Positions 1 to 12,093 of a DNA stretch of 64,000 bases are shown piece after piece; the first letter of the stretch is position 1; every line of letters begins with the position of its first letter. A model generated the notes under the pieces. That model had not been told where the DNA came from and ran no database searches. It saw nothing but the letters and a program-made list of their open reading frames with translations. Both the position numbers and the translations under genes were made by a program. The stretch spans positions 4,650,001 to 4,714,000 of the forward strand of contig CM059430.1 in the NCBI GenBank assembly GCA_030390025.1, written 5' to 3'. This stretch comes from Squalus acanthias. Taxonomy: Eukaryota.

Positions 1-204
1 TGCAATCAGAGTAGCAGCTATGATGTAAAAGATGATGTCTACAGTGTTGTACCCTGGTGAACGAGTGCAACTAAGAAAAAAATGGGGATGCATGCTTTGC
101 ACTCCCCAATACACTTGCTGGTTTCAAAAGAACTAGAGAGGGGTCAATAGCCAAGAGTTATAGTTTATATGCAACATTGTTTGTACTGCTGTTTGTGAAG
201 AGCA

Positions 205-965
205 ATCCAGTAAGTCTCACTCCCCTGCTCTTTCCCCATATCCCTGCAATTTTTTCTCCTTCAAGTATTTATCCAATTCCCTTTTGAAGGCTACTATTGA
301 ATCTGTTTCCACCACCCTATCAGGCAGTGCATTCCAAATCCTAACCACTCATTGTGTAAAAAAACTTTTCCTCGTGTCGCCTCTGGTTCTTTTGCCAATC
401 ACCTTAAATCTGTGCCCTCTCGTTATCGGCACTTCAGCCATTAGAAACAGTTTCTCTTTATTTACTCTATCTAAACCCTTCATGATTTTAAACACCTCTA
501 TCAAATCTCCTCTTAGCCTTCTCTGCTCCAAGGAGAACAATCCCAGCTTCTCCAGTTTATCCACGTAACTGTAATCTCTCATCCCTGGAACTATTCTAGT
601 AAATCTCTTCTGTACCCTCTGCAAAGCCTTCACATCCTTCCTAAAGTTTGGAGCTCAGAATTGGACACAATACTCCAGCTGGGGTCAAACTCGGGTTTTA
701 TATAGGTATAGCATAATATATTAGCTTTTGTAGTCTATGCCTCTATTTATAAAGCCCAGGATCCCATATGCTTTATTAACTGCTTTGTCAACCTGTCCTG
801 CCCCCTTCAAAGATTTATGCACAAGTACCCCCAGGTCTCTCTCTTTTTGCATCCCCTTTAAAATTGTACCATTTAGCATGTATTGTCTCTCCCCATTCTT
901 CCTACCAAAATGTATCACCTCACACTTTCCTGCATTGAATTTCATCTGCCATGTGTCTGCCCGAT
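205..965 (-). mobile_element. CR1 LINE 3' fragment (end of ORF2 plus 3' UTR), decayed
   Basis: ORFs 721..1053 (WQMKFNAGKCEVIHFG..ERDLGVLVHKSLK..KAYGILGFINRGI) and 349..633 (LQRVQKRFTR..LGLFSLEQRRLRGDLIEVFKIMKG..TRGHRFK) are typical CR1 ORF2 C-terminal motifs, separated by stops. Confidence 0.95.
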
Positions 966-2252
966 TGAGCCTAGATATCTCTGAAGACTGACATGGACCA
1001 AGCAAAATGGGTTTGTGCCTAGTGAAAATTAATTCATGCCAAAAATTGCCCATTACTCAACACTAATTGGTAGTCTTACTCAACAGAACACAAGTATGGT
1101 TACTGCAGGAAGTGAAAATGGTAATACTGGTGCAGTGAGGAGTAATCCTCTGAATCTGGCATTAAGGTGCATTGTTCCCCTTTAATATGTTGCTTGTCTC
1201 TTTTAGATTCACTTCAGTTCTATGCTGTCGGCTCATGTCAGTTCTGTCCTAGGAGTGCCAAAAACACGACTGCCGCATAGAGAGAAAATAGTCAGATTGA
1301 AAAGTAGAGTAAAAGAAGCAAACAGAATATAAACGTAAGCACAAATTAGTCACATAAACTAAAAACAGTGCAGCAGTGAACATAAAACTTGGACTTTCAT
1401 GGAAGAAATCACGAGAGACGATAAAATGTTATTTATATTGATAAAGAAAGAAACAAAAATGGGATTATAAAACTGGTACTGTATAATTTAAAAAAATTAG
1501 CTTTCATTTTTAAACAACAATCTTGAATGATTTTTGACTTAAAAAATATTAAATCCTCCTTTTGCCAGTTCTGCTGGCCTTCACAGTCATAACAGATAGA
1601 CAGATGCAGTGGTTAACCCATCAAATCTACCCTCAACTTGTGTTGTGGAGAAAACAGAGCCACACAACCAGTGGCAAAGAACAGACAGCTGCTCCTCTGC
1701 CAGTTGGAACAATTCCACAATAGTGGGTCTGACAGAAAAGCAGGAGCTGCTAGTTCATTTTATTTATTTTACATTAAAGGTGCTTTACCTTTTTAATTAA
1801 TTGATTTAGAGGTATACATTTACAGGCTGAAATCAACGTGTTAACAATTGTGAGTCAGTCAGATAAATCCTTAAAATAACACACGTCACTTTGAGAGAGG
1901 TTTTATCCTTTTGTTTAAAGTTTTCAACATTTATTTTACCGTATAAAATCCTCAATTTTATAAGTACAATTGGTCCCTGATGTTATCCTCGGTTAGGCAC
2001 AGTGACAGACTGCACCAGTAGTTTTTTGGCAGAGTATTGAGTCAGACTTGATGTTCTCTCTGCTATAGATCCTGCCATTCCACATAGTTTCATATTTCCC
2101 ACAATCTCACCACCCTGACAACATTTTGTGTTCAATGGCTTGTATGGGATGGCGTAGAATTTCAATACAATTTGAAAAAAGAGAAAGTAACAGGGAATAT
2201 AATTTTATATAGCGGGGAACTAGTTGTGTGACCAATTTGTGCTTATGTCAAA

Positions 2253-2310
2253 GAGCCAGTACAGGCATGATGGGCCAGACGGCCTCCTTCCGTGCTGTAT
2301 GATTTTATGA
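2253..2310 (+). mobile_element. Very short CR1 3' tail (stem-loop plus tail repeat)
   Basis: GGCATGATGGGCCAGACGGCCTCCTTCCGTGCTGTATGATTTTATGA resembles the CR1 3' terminal GGGCC..GGCC hairpin and (TATGA/TTCTA)n tail. Confidence 0.7.
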
Positions 2311-2443
2311 TATTCCTTAAAAATTAGTAAGAGGATTCTATTGTATTCTCATTTATAATTGAAATGAATATTAGAATATATAAATTTATATTTAACTAAC
2401 TTCTTTAAAAGCATGCACAGTACAATATTGGTGGTAAATATAT

Positions 2444-3196
2444 TGGCCCGTAATTTCCGATAGGAGGCTTCCTGCGTGCGGAGGCCTCCTATCGGGAAAA
2501 AATCTACGTCCTTACCGGAGCGCTCCCGAGGTCCGGACTCTTCCGATCCTGGGCCTCTCCTGGTGCGTGCGCGCAGAGGCCCAGGTATCCCAGGGGTGCA
2601 GGCGGTTTGCAAGCGTCCCTGGGATCACGTGGGCCAGGCGAGCCAATGGGAGAAGGGAATCCCCCTTCATACTTTTGACAGGTAGACCTGTCAAAAGTAT
2701 GAATGGGGATCACTGAAAAAAGACACTACAACATTAAATACATTTTTTTTAAATCACGTTTTTAAAATAGTTAAGATTACATTAAATTAAATATTTTAAA
2801 CAAAAATTTAATTTTTGAAAAAAATAATTAAAGTTTTTTACAGGGCTAAAAATAAACTTACCTTTTTTAAAAGTATTTTTAAATTATAAATGAGTGAAAA
2901 TAAAAACATTTTAAAAACTTTTTTTAAAACTCTTATGCTGGTAAAAGCAGGCCTTACGCCTGCTTTTACCAGGCGTAAGATTTCTAAGGGTTTTCTGCAG
3001 GTGGAGGTTCTCCAGAAAGCGGAACTCTCCACCCGCAGAGGCCCTTCTCCAGGGCAGGCGTCCGATCGGTCAAGAGGATTCTTGACAGATCGGAAATGCC
3101 GGTTTTCAGCGCATGCCTGAAACCGGCATTTCCGATGTCCCTACGGGTGTGTACACACCTCGTACACACCCGTAGGCATCGGAAAATACTGGGCCC
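2444..3196. mobile_element. Non-autonomous DNA transposon (MITE, probably PIF/Harbinger type), hairpin-rich family, copy 1
   Basis: Imperfect TIRs: TGGCCCGTAATTTCCGA versus the reverse complement of the right end, GGGCCCAGTATTTTCCGA. GC-rich arms flank an AT-rich core, there are at least 7 internal hairpins, and it is homologous to 30952..32182. Confidence 0.8.
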
Positions 3197-4339
3197 TTAT
3201 GATCTACAAGTTTTCATCATATACTTGTGGTTTTCTGTTGAATGTAGTGTAGTTTTACTTATCTTCTGAGGTTACATTGCTGATGCAATGACATCACTGC
3301 AGTAACCTGGGAGAAAAAAAAATGTTAGCTTTCACTTGGGAATGAAATGTTGTCATCAGGGAAGACTGTCTGATAGGGAGCTTTCAGCTGTCATCCTGGC
3401 AACCATAATCATCTAATGGGGAAGCCTTCAGGATTGCATGGGGAAACAGTGTGCAAAAGTACATGAATCCGATAAAATGGAAGAAACCCTGAACATCAAT
3501 ACAGACAGTCTTAAGTGTCTGACAGAGAAGCTGTTGTATTGATTTGGGAATCCTGGTATGCCAGGCAGGTGAAGTCTACGTGTGCCAGCTGAAAACATCT
3601 GGATACTCAGTGCATTACAATTAGGTTTACCACAAAATAGGAATGGGTAGCAATGGCAATAGAGCATGCCGGCACTTTCACCACTGAATTAGGTCTGGTA
3701 GGCCATTATTGAGATGCTTAACTGTGAAGTGCTGTATTTCTTTTGCTCTTAAATAGAATGCAAAAAGTGAAATGAGATGTCTGAGAACTTGCCACTCCCC
3801 TTACTAATTCTCAGCAGATATGTTTTCTGGAACTGCTGAAGGGACAATTGTTAATTTTGTTTTTCCCCTTAATTTGTGGAATGAGCTTAAGCCAGCTGGT
3901 TGTGGCATTGGTTAAGAATTGCATGAACATCAGATGTTTCTTTTGGCTTTGCACAGAATCTTTTGCCTTTTTATATCGTGGTTTACTTGTTCTACATTTA
4001 CAATATCAGAAGGTTGGGGACTGAAAGGGACCCACTGCTTGATTCATGGACAGTTACTTTTTCAAAATATCCATGAAATTGTTTGAAACAACTTGTTTAT
4101 AACATTAGGCTCCTGATCATGGTATAAACCAAACTTAAAATACTGGACAGGCAAAAATATGTATACTTACAATAAACCGTATGAATGGCAAATGGAAAGT
4201 GGATTTTGGTATGCACAAGCGATATCTTGATATTATGCAAGCAAAACAGTGCAATTACCCATTGAAAAAATGCTTTTTTTTGTTGTGTTTGGTGCTCCTC
4301 AGGATGTATGAAGTCAGCTTAAGTCAGTTTTAGCACAGT

Positions 4340-4808
4340 CAGTTGCAGAGAAAAGCTCCCTCTACTCTGCCCAAACAATACGACTTAGCCCCAACCTCAG
4401 CACAGCACCCTCTAATGCATCAGCACAAATTCTTCCACTTCTTAACACCAGCATTCCTATGGATCTCTCGGAATAAGATTATCAATTTAGCCTGAGTTTT
4501 GTGCTGTGGACACGTGTCTGCTCAAAACTGTCTTGAGACTGTCCAAACTCATTTCTCATACGGCCGTTACAGGAAGCAGATCTGGAGACACTTTCAGGGC
4601 CGCTAAATAATAATGAAGAATTAACACTCTGGCTGATTTCCCCCATTTTCAGCTGAAGGAGTCTGCAGTGAAGTGTAGTGCTCCTCCGCTACTCTGGCTA
4701 AGATTAACTAACTCTGCTCAAACCAAGCATTTGTGTTGGGACCTTCCTGGTTGTTATGGCTTGGTCCCACATTGAACAGTGTAATTACCCACTGAGCCAT
4801 CAGGGGAG
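4340..4808 (-). mobile_element. Old tRNA-derived SINE-like element
   Basis: The minus strand begins TCCCCTGATGGCTCAGTGGGTAA (A-box-like)..CCAGGAAGGTCCC and ends in AGAGTAGAGGGAGCTTT, a tail I recall from chondrichthyan SINEs. It is heavily decayed. Confidence 0.55.
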
Positions 4809-6922
4809 TCATTCAGTAGTTCTTTTACCAGAATCCTAACAAGGGAAGCATCTCACTTACTAGCTGGTGCTCATTATTCCTCCACAAGGTATTAAATTCC
4901 CAAATGATTACTTAAAATGCCAGAAGGCAAGCTGTACTTTATAAGAACCTACAAAGCTGCTCTCCCAGAAAAAAATGGCGTCAAAAGAAACTGGTGTCAG
5001 ATCCAAAGCACTAAATTACATTTACAGCTTTATCCACCAATATTTGACAAATCTTAATGTCATTAGCAGCAATTAGCTCCTAAACATCTGAGTTTCCTTG
5101 TAAGACACCAAAACTAGTCAGTGCTCAGCGATACTCGCCATTTCCAGGATTTTGATTTTAAGAAAGACATTTTTATGTTTCTATCATATTTCTAGATCCA
5201 TATTCTATTTTCTATAGTTTCCTGCAATTAATTGGGCAGTTCACACTTGTTAGTCATCTAGGTTTTACTTTGGTTTGCAGCAATGTGGTTTGCTGATCAA
5301 AATGAAACATTGTGCTTTCCCAACTATGTCTCAAGCCCACCCAGTAGAGTAATAAATAACTAAACTGCGAAGCAATAGGAACATCTACTCCATGGCAAAT
5401 ATGAGCTGAGTATATAATTGCCTTGGTTACCAACTAATGGACTTGTAAATGTACCTCTTTATTAAGCCATTTCAACCTTATCAGCTGTCAGTTTTACTTT
5501 GAGACTCTTTTAATGCACTAACTGATGCAGTTGCATTGGTGTCCTCAATCTCTGCACTTGTTTCAGTGTGCACAGTTAGAGCCAGTCCAACAAGCATAAT
5601 TGACAGATTCCCCTTCTGGTACAGCAGTCCCCAAGAGCCAGCTAGTACAACCTCCAACACTTTATTATTGGTCAATTTGGGTTTTCTGCCCACTTAAGTG
5701 GCAGAGGTGAGGGTCTCTGTGGCCAGCATAATCAATAAGACCAGTCACTTTCATGGTGTTTCTATGCTACTCAGCAGAAGGTAGACATGTGCTGCCAAAT
5801 GTTCTAAATTACCTTATAACTGTTTCATTATATCAGAAAATTCACTGCTTCTTTGCTAATTTAAAAAAAAGGCGTATAGAACCAACAAGAAAATCCTTGG
5901 AGCATTGTGAGTTGAGTCAGATAAATAATACTTCTATTTGGAAAATGGCTAGAAATAGCCTTATTTTCATGAAATTAATTCTAGAAATTTCAACTGGGCG
6001 CACGTGATTGTACCGGCACTTGTTCCTCAGTTGAAGGCTGACTATTAAACCTCACAGTTTACGAACTCAAGTTTTCAGCAGAAGAAAGCTACTGAATTTT
6101 ACTTTATTTTACATAAGGTAATTGTTTTTACTATATATAATTTTTAAGTAAAGCTTTTCAGAATACATTTTAGATTGATTCGATGTTAAACCTTCAGGGA
6201 TACGTTGTCGTATTCAAATATCTTGTTGGACGTGAACAATTTTTTAAAACCATATCACATAGGATTTGATCAGAAATTGAAATTTTAAACTTGTGTCTCA
6301 CTGAATCTGGCTATATCTTGCTGACTGTCTTTAATTTTTCTTTCCTTCAGTCGGTGTATTCTCCACACATATATAAAACCAACAAGGGAATAAATCCATG
6401 AGTCTATGTTCCATTGGCAAAAATGTACTATAACAAACGTGAATCACATACCATTTACTCTGCTTACCTTGTAATCGTTATGCTTAGATGAAAGTGTTAC
6501 TTGAGCTGTGCCAGTACAGTATAACATTGCATAATACTAATTAATTAAAACGAACTGAATTCGGTGCTAAGTTGGTGTAGCATGTTTGAACACCAGCACT
6601 ATAAGTTTACATTGACAATCTCCCACACCGCTCAGTTCCCAATCACAGCATTGCTGTGTCGATGCTTCACATCAAGTTCAAGCCCACAAGGAAGGAGGAA
6701 AAATCATCGACAGAGTCATCATTGGGCTGCTCTTGCACATTTCCTTAAAACTCGTTCAGAGCCGCACCAGATGTGCAGGGCAGCTAACTCAGGCATCTAG
6801 ATCCCAAAGGAGGCAAATATAATTTCAAAGTGAAGGGACTATTATAAAATAAGGCAAGACAATAACGGCAACATGGATGCAACAGTTGACCAAACATTTA
6901 AAGCAATACCATAATATATAAC

Positions 6923-7100
6923 TGAGAAGTCGCACAACACCAGGTTATAGTCCAACAGTCCAGAGATCATAGTAACTTTACCTGACGAAGGAGCAGCGCT
7001 CCGAAAGCTTGTAATTTTAAATAAATCTGTTGGACTATAACCTGGTGTTGTGCGACTTCTCATTTTTGTCCACCCCAGTCCAACGCCGGCATCTCCGCAT
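6923..7100 (+). mobile_element. Short Penelope-derived element (pLTR fragment with inverted 5' segment) carrying a hammerhead ribozyme motif
   Basis: Perfect 13-bp flanking direct repeat CATAATATATAAC (6910-6922, 7101-7113), a perfect 36-bp inverted repeat (6923-6958 vs 7027-7062), and a hammerhead core between the arms. Confidence 0.85.
6978..7014 (+). ncRNA. Minimal type I hammerhead ribozyme motif
   Basis: TTAC-CTGACGA-A-GGAGC(AGC)GCTCC-GAAA-GCT-T-GTAA: stem I TTAC/GTAA, core CUGANGA...GAAA, 5-bp stem II, and palindromic AGCU in place of stem III, as in Penelope-associated minimal hammerheads. Confidence 0.75.
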
Positions 7101-7151
7101 CATAATATATAACAGCAGTTGTAAAGGCAAACTAAATCTTACTACATAAGT

Positions 7152-9167
7152 AATAACAACCTGCATTTATATAGCGCCTTTAACGTAGCAAAAAGCCCCA
7201 AGGCGCGTTACACGAGCGTTATCAATCAAAATTTGACACCGAGCCAAAGAAGGAGACATCAGGACACGTGGAGGTAGGTCTTAAAGGATGAGCGAGAAGT
7301 AGAGGCAGAGAGATTTAGGGAGGGAATTCCAGAGTTTAGGGCCCAGGCAGCTGAAAGTATGGCTGACAACGGGGGACCAATTAAAATCGGGGATGCGCAA
7401 GATGCCAGAATGTGAGGAGCGCAGAGATCTCAAAGGCTTGTAGGGCTGGAGGAGGTTTCAGAGATAGGGAGGGAAGAGGCCACGGAGGGATTTGAAGACA
7501 AGGATGAGAATTTTAAAATTGAGGTGTTGCCAGACCAGGAGCCAGTGTAGGGGTGATGGGTAAACGGGACTTGGTGCAAATTAAGTTATGGGAGCAGAGT
7601 TTTTGATGAGCTTATAGAGTGGAAGATGGGAGGCTAGCCAGGAGAGCATTGGAATATTCAAGTCTAGAGGTAACAAAGGCATGGATGAGGGTTTCAGCAG
7701 CAGATGAGCTGAGGCAGGGGCGGAGTCAGGCGATGTTACGGAGGTGGAAGTAGGCGGTCTTGGTGATGGAGTGGATATGTGGTCGGAAGCTCATCTCGGT
7801 GTCAAGCACAACACTAAAATTGCGAACGCTTTGTCTCAGCTTCAGACAGTGGCCAGGGAGAGGGATGGAAACGGTGGCCAGGGAATGGAGTTTGTGACGG
7901 GAACCAAGACAATGGGGGAGAAATTCAGTATCGGCCTGTTTGGGGCGCTAACTTTTGAAATCTGGGAAACTTCGCGCCAGGCGCTAATGATTCCCAGCTT
8001 TTTCAAAAGTCGGTGTTTCGCTCCAGGAATGAAGTGGAGCGCTAAATCAAGCACTCCACTTCCTTCCTGGAGCGCTAAAGGACGCAGGCGGGGCAGTAGT
8101 GGCGCAGCGCTGCACAATGTCCCATGCAGTGCTGCCGCGATCAGAGGCTCCTTCCCTCCCTTGAAGGGAAGGGCCATCGCTGCAGGCTCTGCATTGGGAC
8201 CAGTCAGCTGGTCCCCGACACAGCCGCGATCCGGTCCGATCAGCCCCATGCGCTCCAGCAGAGCGCCGCGCTGATCGATCGCGGCCCAGGAGCAATCGAA
8301 AAAAATTACTTGAAGCGTTGTTAAAATTTTTCTCCTACCGCGCGAACAATCCCTTTTATTTGCGCCTCCGAAGCTCCCAGCCTCCCGAACAACACCTCCT
8401 GCAGCTGTCAGTGTTGTCGCCCGGCGATGCTGCAGGGGGCAGAGCCGAAGTTCGGATCCGGGGCGCTATCGGGGTGATGCACACTGCAATGACGTCACGA
8501 TCTCCGGGCGCTGGAGATCATGGCGCAAAGTGTTACCACCGCCGCAAACCTCTCGGCCAATTTAACGGGAGTCATTCATTTCGGTAAGTCATTATCGCTC
8601 CCCAGAGCGATAACGGGAGGCATTAAGGTACCGAATTTCTCCCCCAATGGCTTTGGTCTTCCCAATATTTAGTTGGAGGAAATTTCTGCTCATTCAATAC
8701 TGGATATTGGACAAGCAGTGTGACAAATCAGTGACAGTGAGGTGGTGAGAGGTAGAGTTGAGTGTCGTCAGCATATATGTGGAACCTGGCGCATGTTTTT
8801 GGATGATATCGCCGAGGGGCAGCATGTAGATGAGAAATAGAAGGGGGCCAAGGATAGATCTTTGGGGGTCTCCAGAGGTACTGGTGCGGAAGTGGGAAGA
8901 GAAGCCATTGTATGTGATTCTCTGGCTATGATTCGATAAATAAGACTGGAACCATGCAAGGGCAGTTCCACCCAGCTTGACGATGGAGGAGAGGCGTTGG
9001 AGGAGGATGGAGTGGGTAACCATGCAGCCACCCCTCACACTCACCCTTAACCTACTGCAAGCATATGAACTAACAACACACTAGGGTAGGCACCTGGGTG
9101 GTTTAGCCAATGTTCATGTGAAGATAGGTCGAGAAGGATGAGGAGGGATAGTTTTCCACAGTCACAG
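7152..9167 (-). mobile_element. L2 LINE 3' portion, interrupted by a MITE (7914-8645) and a 94-bp patch (9026-9119)
   Basis: Starts with the reverse complement of an L2-type 3' end (AACAACCTGCATTTATATAGCGCCTTT). ORF 8694..9044 has RT motifs GTALAWFQSYLSN..SGDPQRSILGPLLFLIYMLPLGDII. The sequence reads through the MITE (…CCAAGACAAT|GGCTTTGGTCTTCCC). Confidence 0.9.
7914..8645. mobile_element. PIF/Harbinger-type MITE
   Basis: 17-bp TIRs GGGGGAGAAATTC(A/G)GTA with 1 mismatch, a 3-bp TSD AAT (7911-7913, 8646-8648), CpG-rich interior, nested in L2. Confidence 0.92.
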
Positions 9168-10950
9168 AGGCCGCGATTTTGCCGGCGCTCAGAGTGCGGG
9201 TTTGGAGGCGGGTCTGCTGTCAAAATCAAAATGATTGACAGCGGGTTTGGAACCCACTCAGAACCCGCCTCCATGTAAGTTTCCAAAGTGTTGGGTCTGC
9301 AATTTCAGAACAGACCCGACACCAAGAGGTGGGGAGGCATTTAAGATAGTTAAATGCTTGTTAAACGCTTGTTAACTACTATTTTGCCAGCCTATTTCTA
9401 TTTTCCCACTTTTTTAACGGGGTTCACGTCATTCGGAGATCACGTCAGGTAAGTAGGTCGGGTTCTCAATGTCTCCCCATTGCTGTGAATAGGTGACAGC
9501 TGCAGAAGTGGTATGAAAGCTACCATTTCACAGGCTGTTCACTTTCCAATGTCAGAAGCTTGAGCCTTGAGGACTTGGAAGACACTTTTGAGCTTTATGC
9601 AGTTTGGAAGTGTTTGGAGTAAATTCTCTATCCACTGTCACCTCCTTGGAGCAACCTCTCTCACCATTGACAGATCGCTTCTGTCATCTCAACTTCAGCT
9701 GCCATCTAGTCCAGCAACATCGGTGCCCTTGAAAAAATCTCACTTTGGTCCTTTGAATCCCCCCATGATCAGCCCCAACACCAACATCACCAGGCACACC
9801 GACATCACCAACAACAATACCAACCTTCTCCGCAATCACCTGATGCTGCACAGGTCACAGGGCATCAGCACCCGACAACATTGCTGCCCGGGAGGCCAGG
9901 GATGGCATCACCATGGCCAGATTTACTTCACTTGACGCTGTACATCCTGGCTGTCACATGATGCGCCAGGCTGACACCACCGCACACCAGCACCATCAAG
10001 CATCCCTATAATGTCCAAGCCATTCCTTTCACACTCATCACAATTGGGCTGGGAGGGGGGGGAGCGGTTGAAGTTATGTCTCAACATTCACTGGAACTCA
10101 CTAAGACACTTCCAAAGGTGAGCACAGATCTGTGCAATAAGGTAAAGTGTTGAAAATAAAGATTTCAATGTTTGACAACATTAACAGAAACTTTACATGA
10201 ACATTGGCTAAACCACCCAGCTGCCTACCCTTGTGTGTTGTTAGTTCGTACGCTTGCAGTAGGTTGAGGGCGAGTGTGAGGGGTGGCTAGTGAGATGGGG
10301 AAGTGATAATGTAGATAGAGAGGGATGGGTGGAGGTGCAAGGTAAGTTGGTGTGAGTAAGGATGTGCAGGAGTAGGGTAGTGAAGGCAGAGTGATGGGAT
10401 GTGATGAGTGGCACAGCAGGATGAGTTTGAGTGTGGCTTGGCAGTAACGTTTCGTGATCTGCTCAGATCATTGAAAGGTTTGCGCCACTACAGCCTGGTC
10501 CTCCTGACGACATCCCTGCTTGTGTCCTCCTGTGCAATGTGCAACCAGGCTGTGTTGATCTCCTGGGGAGGTCTCTTCCGCCCATTGGAAGGGAAGAGAA
10601 CCTCCCTGCGTGCTGGGACTCCCTCCATAAGCATATGGAGGGAGTCATGGGAGAGCCTGGGTGCAGCTGTGTACCTTTGTGCAGTGCTTGTCAGTGTTTG
10701 CAACACCTCAATGCTGCAGAACCCTGAGAGCAGAACTGTCAAAATCAACTTGGACATGGTCCCTTTAATGAAACTGGCTGATGATGCGTCATCAAATGAT
10801 GTCATCAGACCTGCAACCTATTAATTGGCTGGGAACCTCGCAGGGCGGGCTTAAGAAGCCCAATCAATGAAAAATCACTTGGAGAGTGCAGGCTGCAGTA
10901 AGCAGCGGGCTGGGACCGCGACACCGCCCCGGAAGGCGAAATTGCGGCCG
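9168..10950. mobile_element. Internally deleted PIF/Harbinger DNA transposon
   Basis: TIRs GGCCGCGATTTTGCC / rc GGCCGCAATTTCGCC. Myb/SANT-like remnant on the minus strand, and a possible transposase C-terminal remnant (AAREARDGITMARF) near 9883-9925 on the plus strand. No clear TSD. Confidence 0.8.
10440..10670 (-). pseudogene. Harbinger Myb/SANT-like DNA-binding protein remnant
   Basis: APRLSHDSLHMLMEGVPARREVLFPSNGRKRPPQEINTAWLHIAQE..VVRRTRL*CRKPFNDL matches the Myb/SANT-like (MSANTD) pattern of the Harbinger second ORF, with an in-frame stop. Confidence 0.85.
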
Positions 10951-11199
10951 TTGAATGTAATTTGTACTGTGGTGGATCCACACTACTGCCGTTTTATAAA
11001 GCATGAGAGAGAACACATGAAATACTGCATGCATGTGTGGCCACAATACACAAGATATAGAGGTAGTGAAAAAGATTCAGAGAAGAGCAGCAAGAGTGAT
11101 AGAGACGTTAAGGAAATTAAACTCAGTGTAATAATTTAAAAAAAAGGATATACCTGCATTCAAACTGCTAAAGAAATAAAGTGGAAGTACAGATGTATT

Positions 11200-11500
11200 T
11201 TGTACACAATCCAAGCAGCAGAACCAGGGAATATGAGAAAGCCACATCTTGACTTGGCATCAGAAATAACTTCAGTTAGAATCATTGCCTTATGAAATAG
11301 ACTGCCAACTAATGCAGTAAATACTGACTCCATTGAAACATTCACAAGGGAATTGGATCAATTCTTGATTTATTAAAGGATAGAAGAGTATGAGTTTGGA
11401 GTAAAAAAAGATTAAAAAAGGTCTAATCAGGTACAGAAAAGGATATGGACGGCAGACAAAGGTGGATGGCCTTTATTCATTGCTACATATTTATATTCTT
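11200..11500 (+). mobile_element. Very old CR1 3' fragment
   Basis: Degenerate R-II-(W)NRLP-AV---SIETF-RELDQFL translation, followed by a GATGGCCTT tail. Confidence 0.55.
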
Positions 11501-12093
11501 CTCGTTGCTCACAAAAATCCGTGCAAGCTGCAGATCTTCCCTGACGTTGTGGGAGGATCTTTACACACCAGCAAAGAAAAATCATATTGCTTGCCTGGAT
11601 ATATTGGCTGTGAGCTCAACCCACCTGTAGGTAGAAGCAAATGACTGAGCTGATACAAGTACTATTGGCGGCAGTCAATACTTTTACTATTGACAGCATT
11701 TTGCCATCACAGACACAAAATGAAACTACTTCCCGAGGAGAGTTTTGGTGCCTCTGATGGCACTGGGTTAGTTATGCTGAAAGGCCCATTCGCCTTTGAC
11801 GAAACAAATAGGATCAGCCTCCTTGTTGACATGACTGAAAGAGAGTTCACCACGTAAGGAGTCATGCACAGGAGCCTGTGTCTTATCGCTGTGCTATGCA
11901 GCATGTTGCAGCACCCACAATGTGAGCACTCATGTTTCCCTACATTGGCAGCGTAATCAGGAACAAGTAAACTTTTCAAAACAGGAGTTGATTTTCTTCC
12001 AGTATCATTGGGGTATCTTGAGTTTTGTTTTTAGAATATCTGAATACAGTGTTGTACACTAATTGTAAGATGCAAGTTCGATAACACAGTAAT

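Noticed and set aside
5481-5693. 70-aa ORF with a hydrophobic stretch
   Set aside because: No splice signals or known motif; consistent with a chance ORF.
7744-8274. Longest ORF (176 aa) as a real gene
   Set aside because: It spans the antisense L2/MITE junction and is open only because the MITE is GC-rich; no domain is recognisable.
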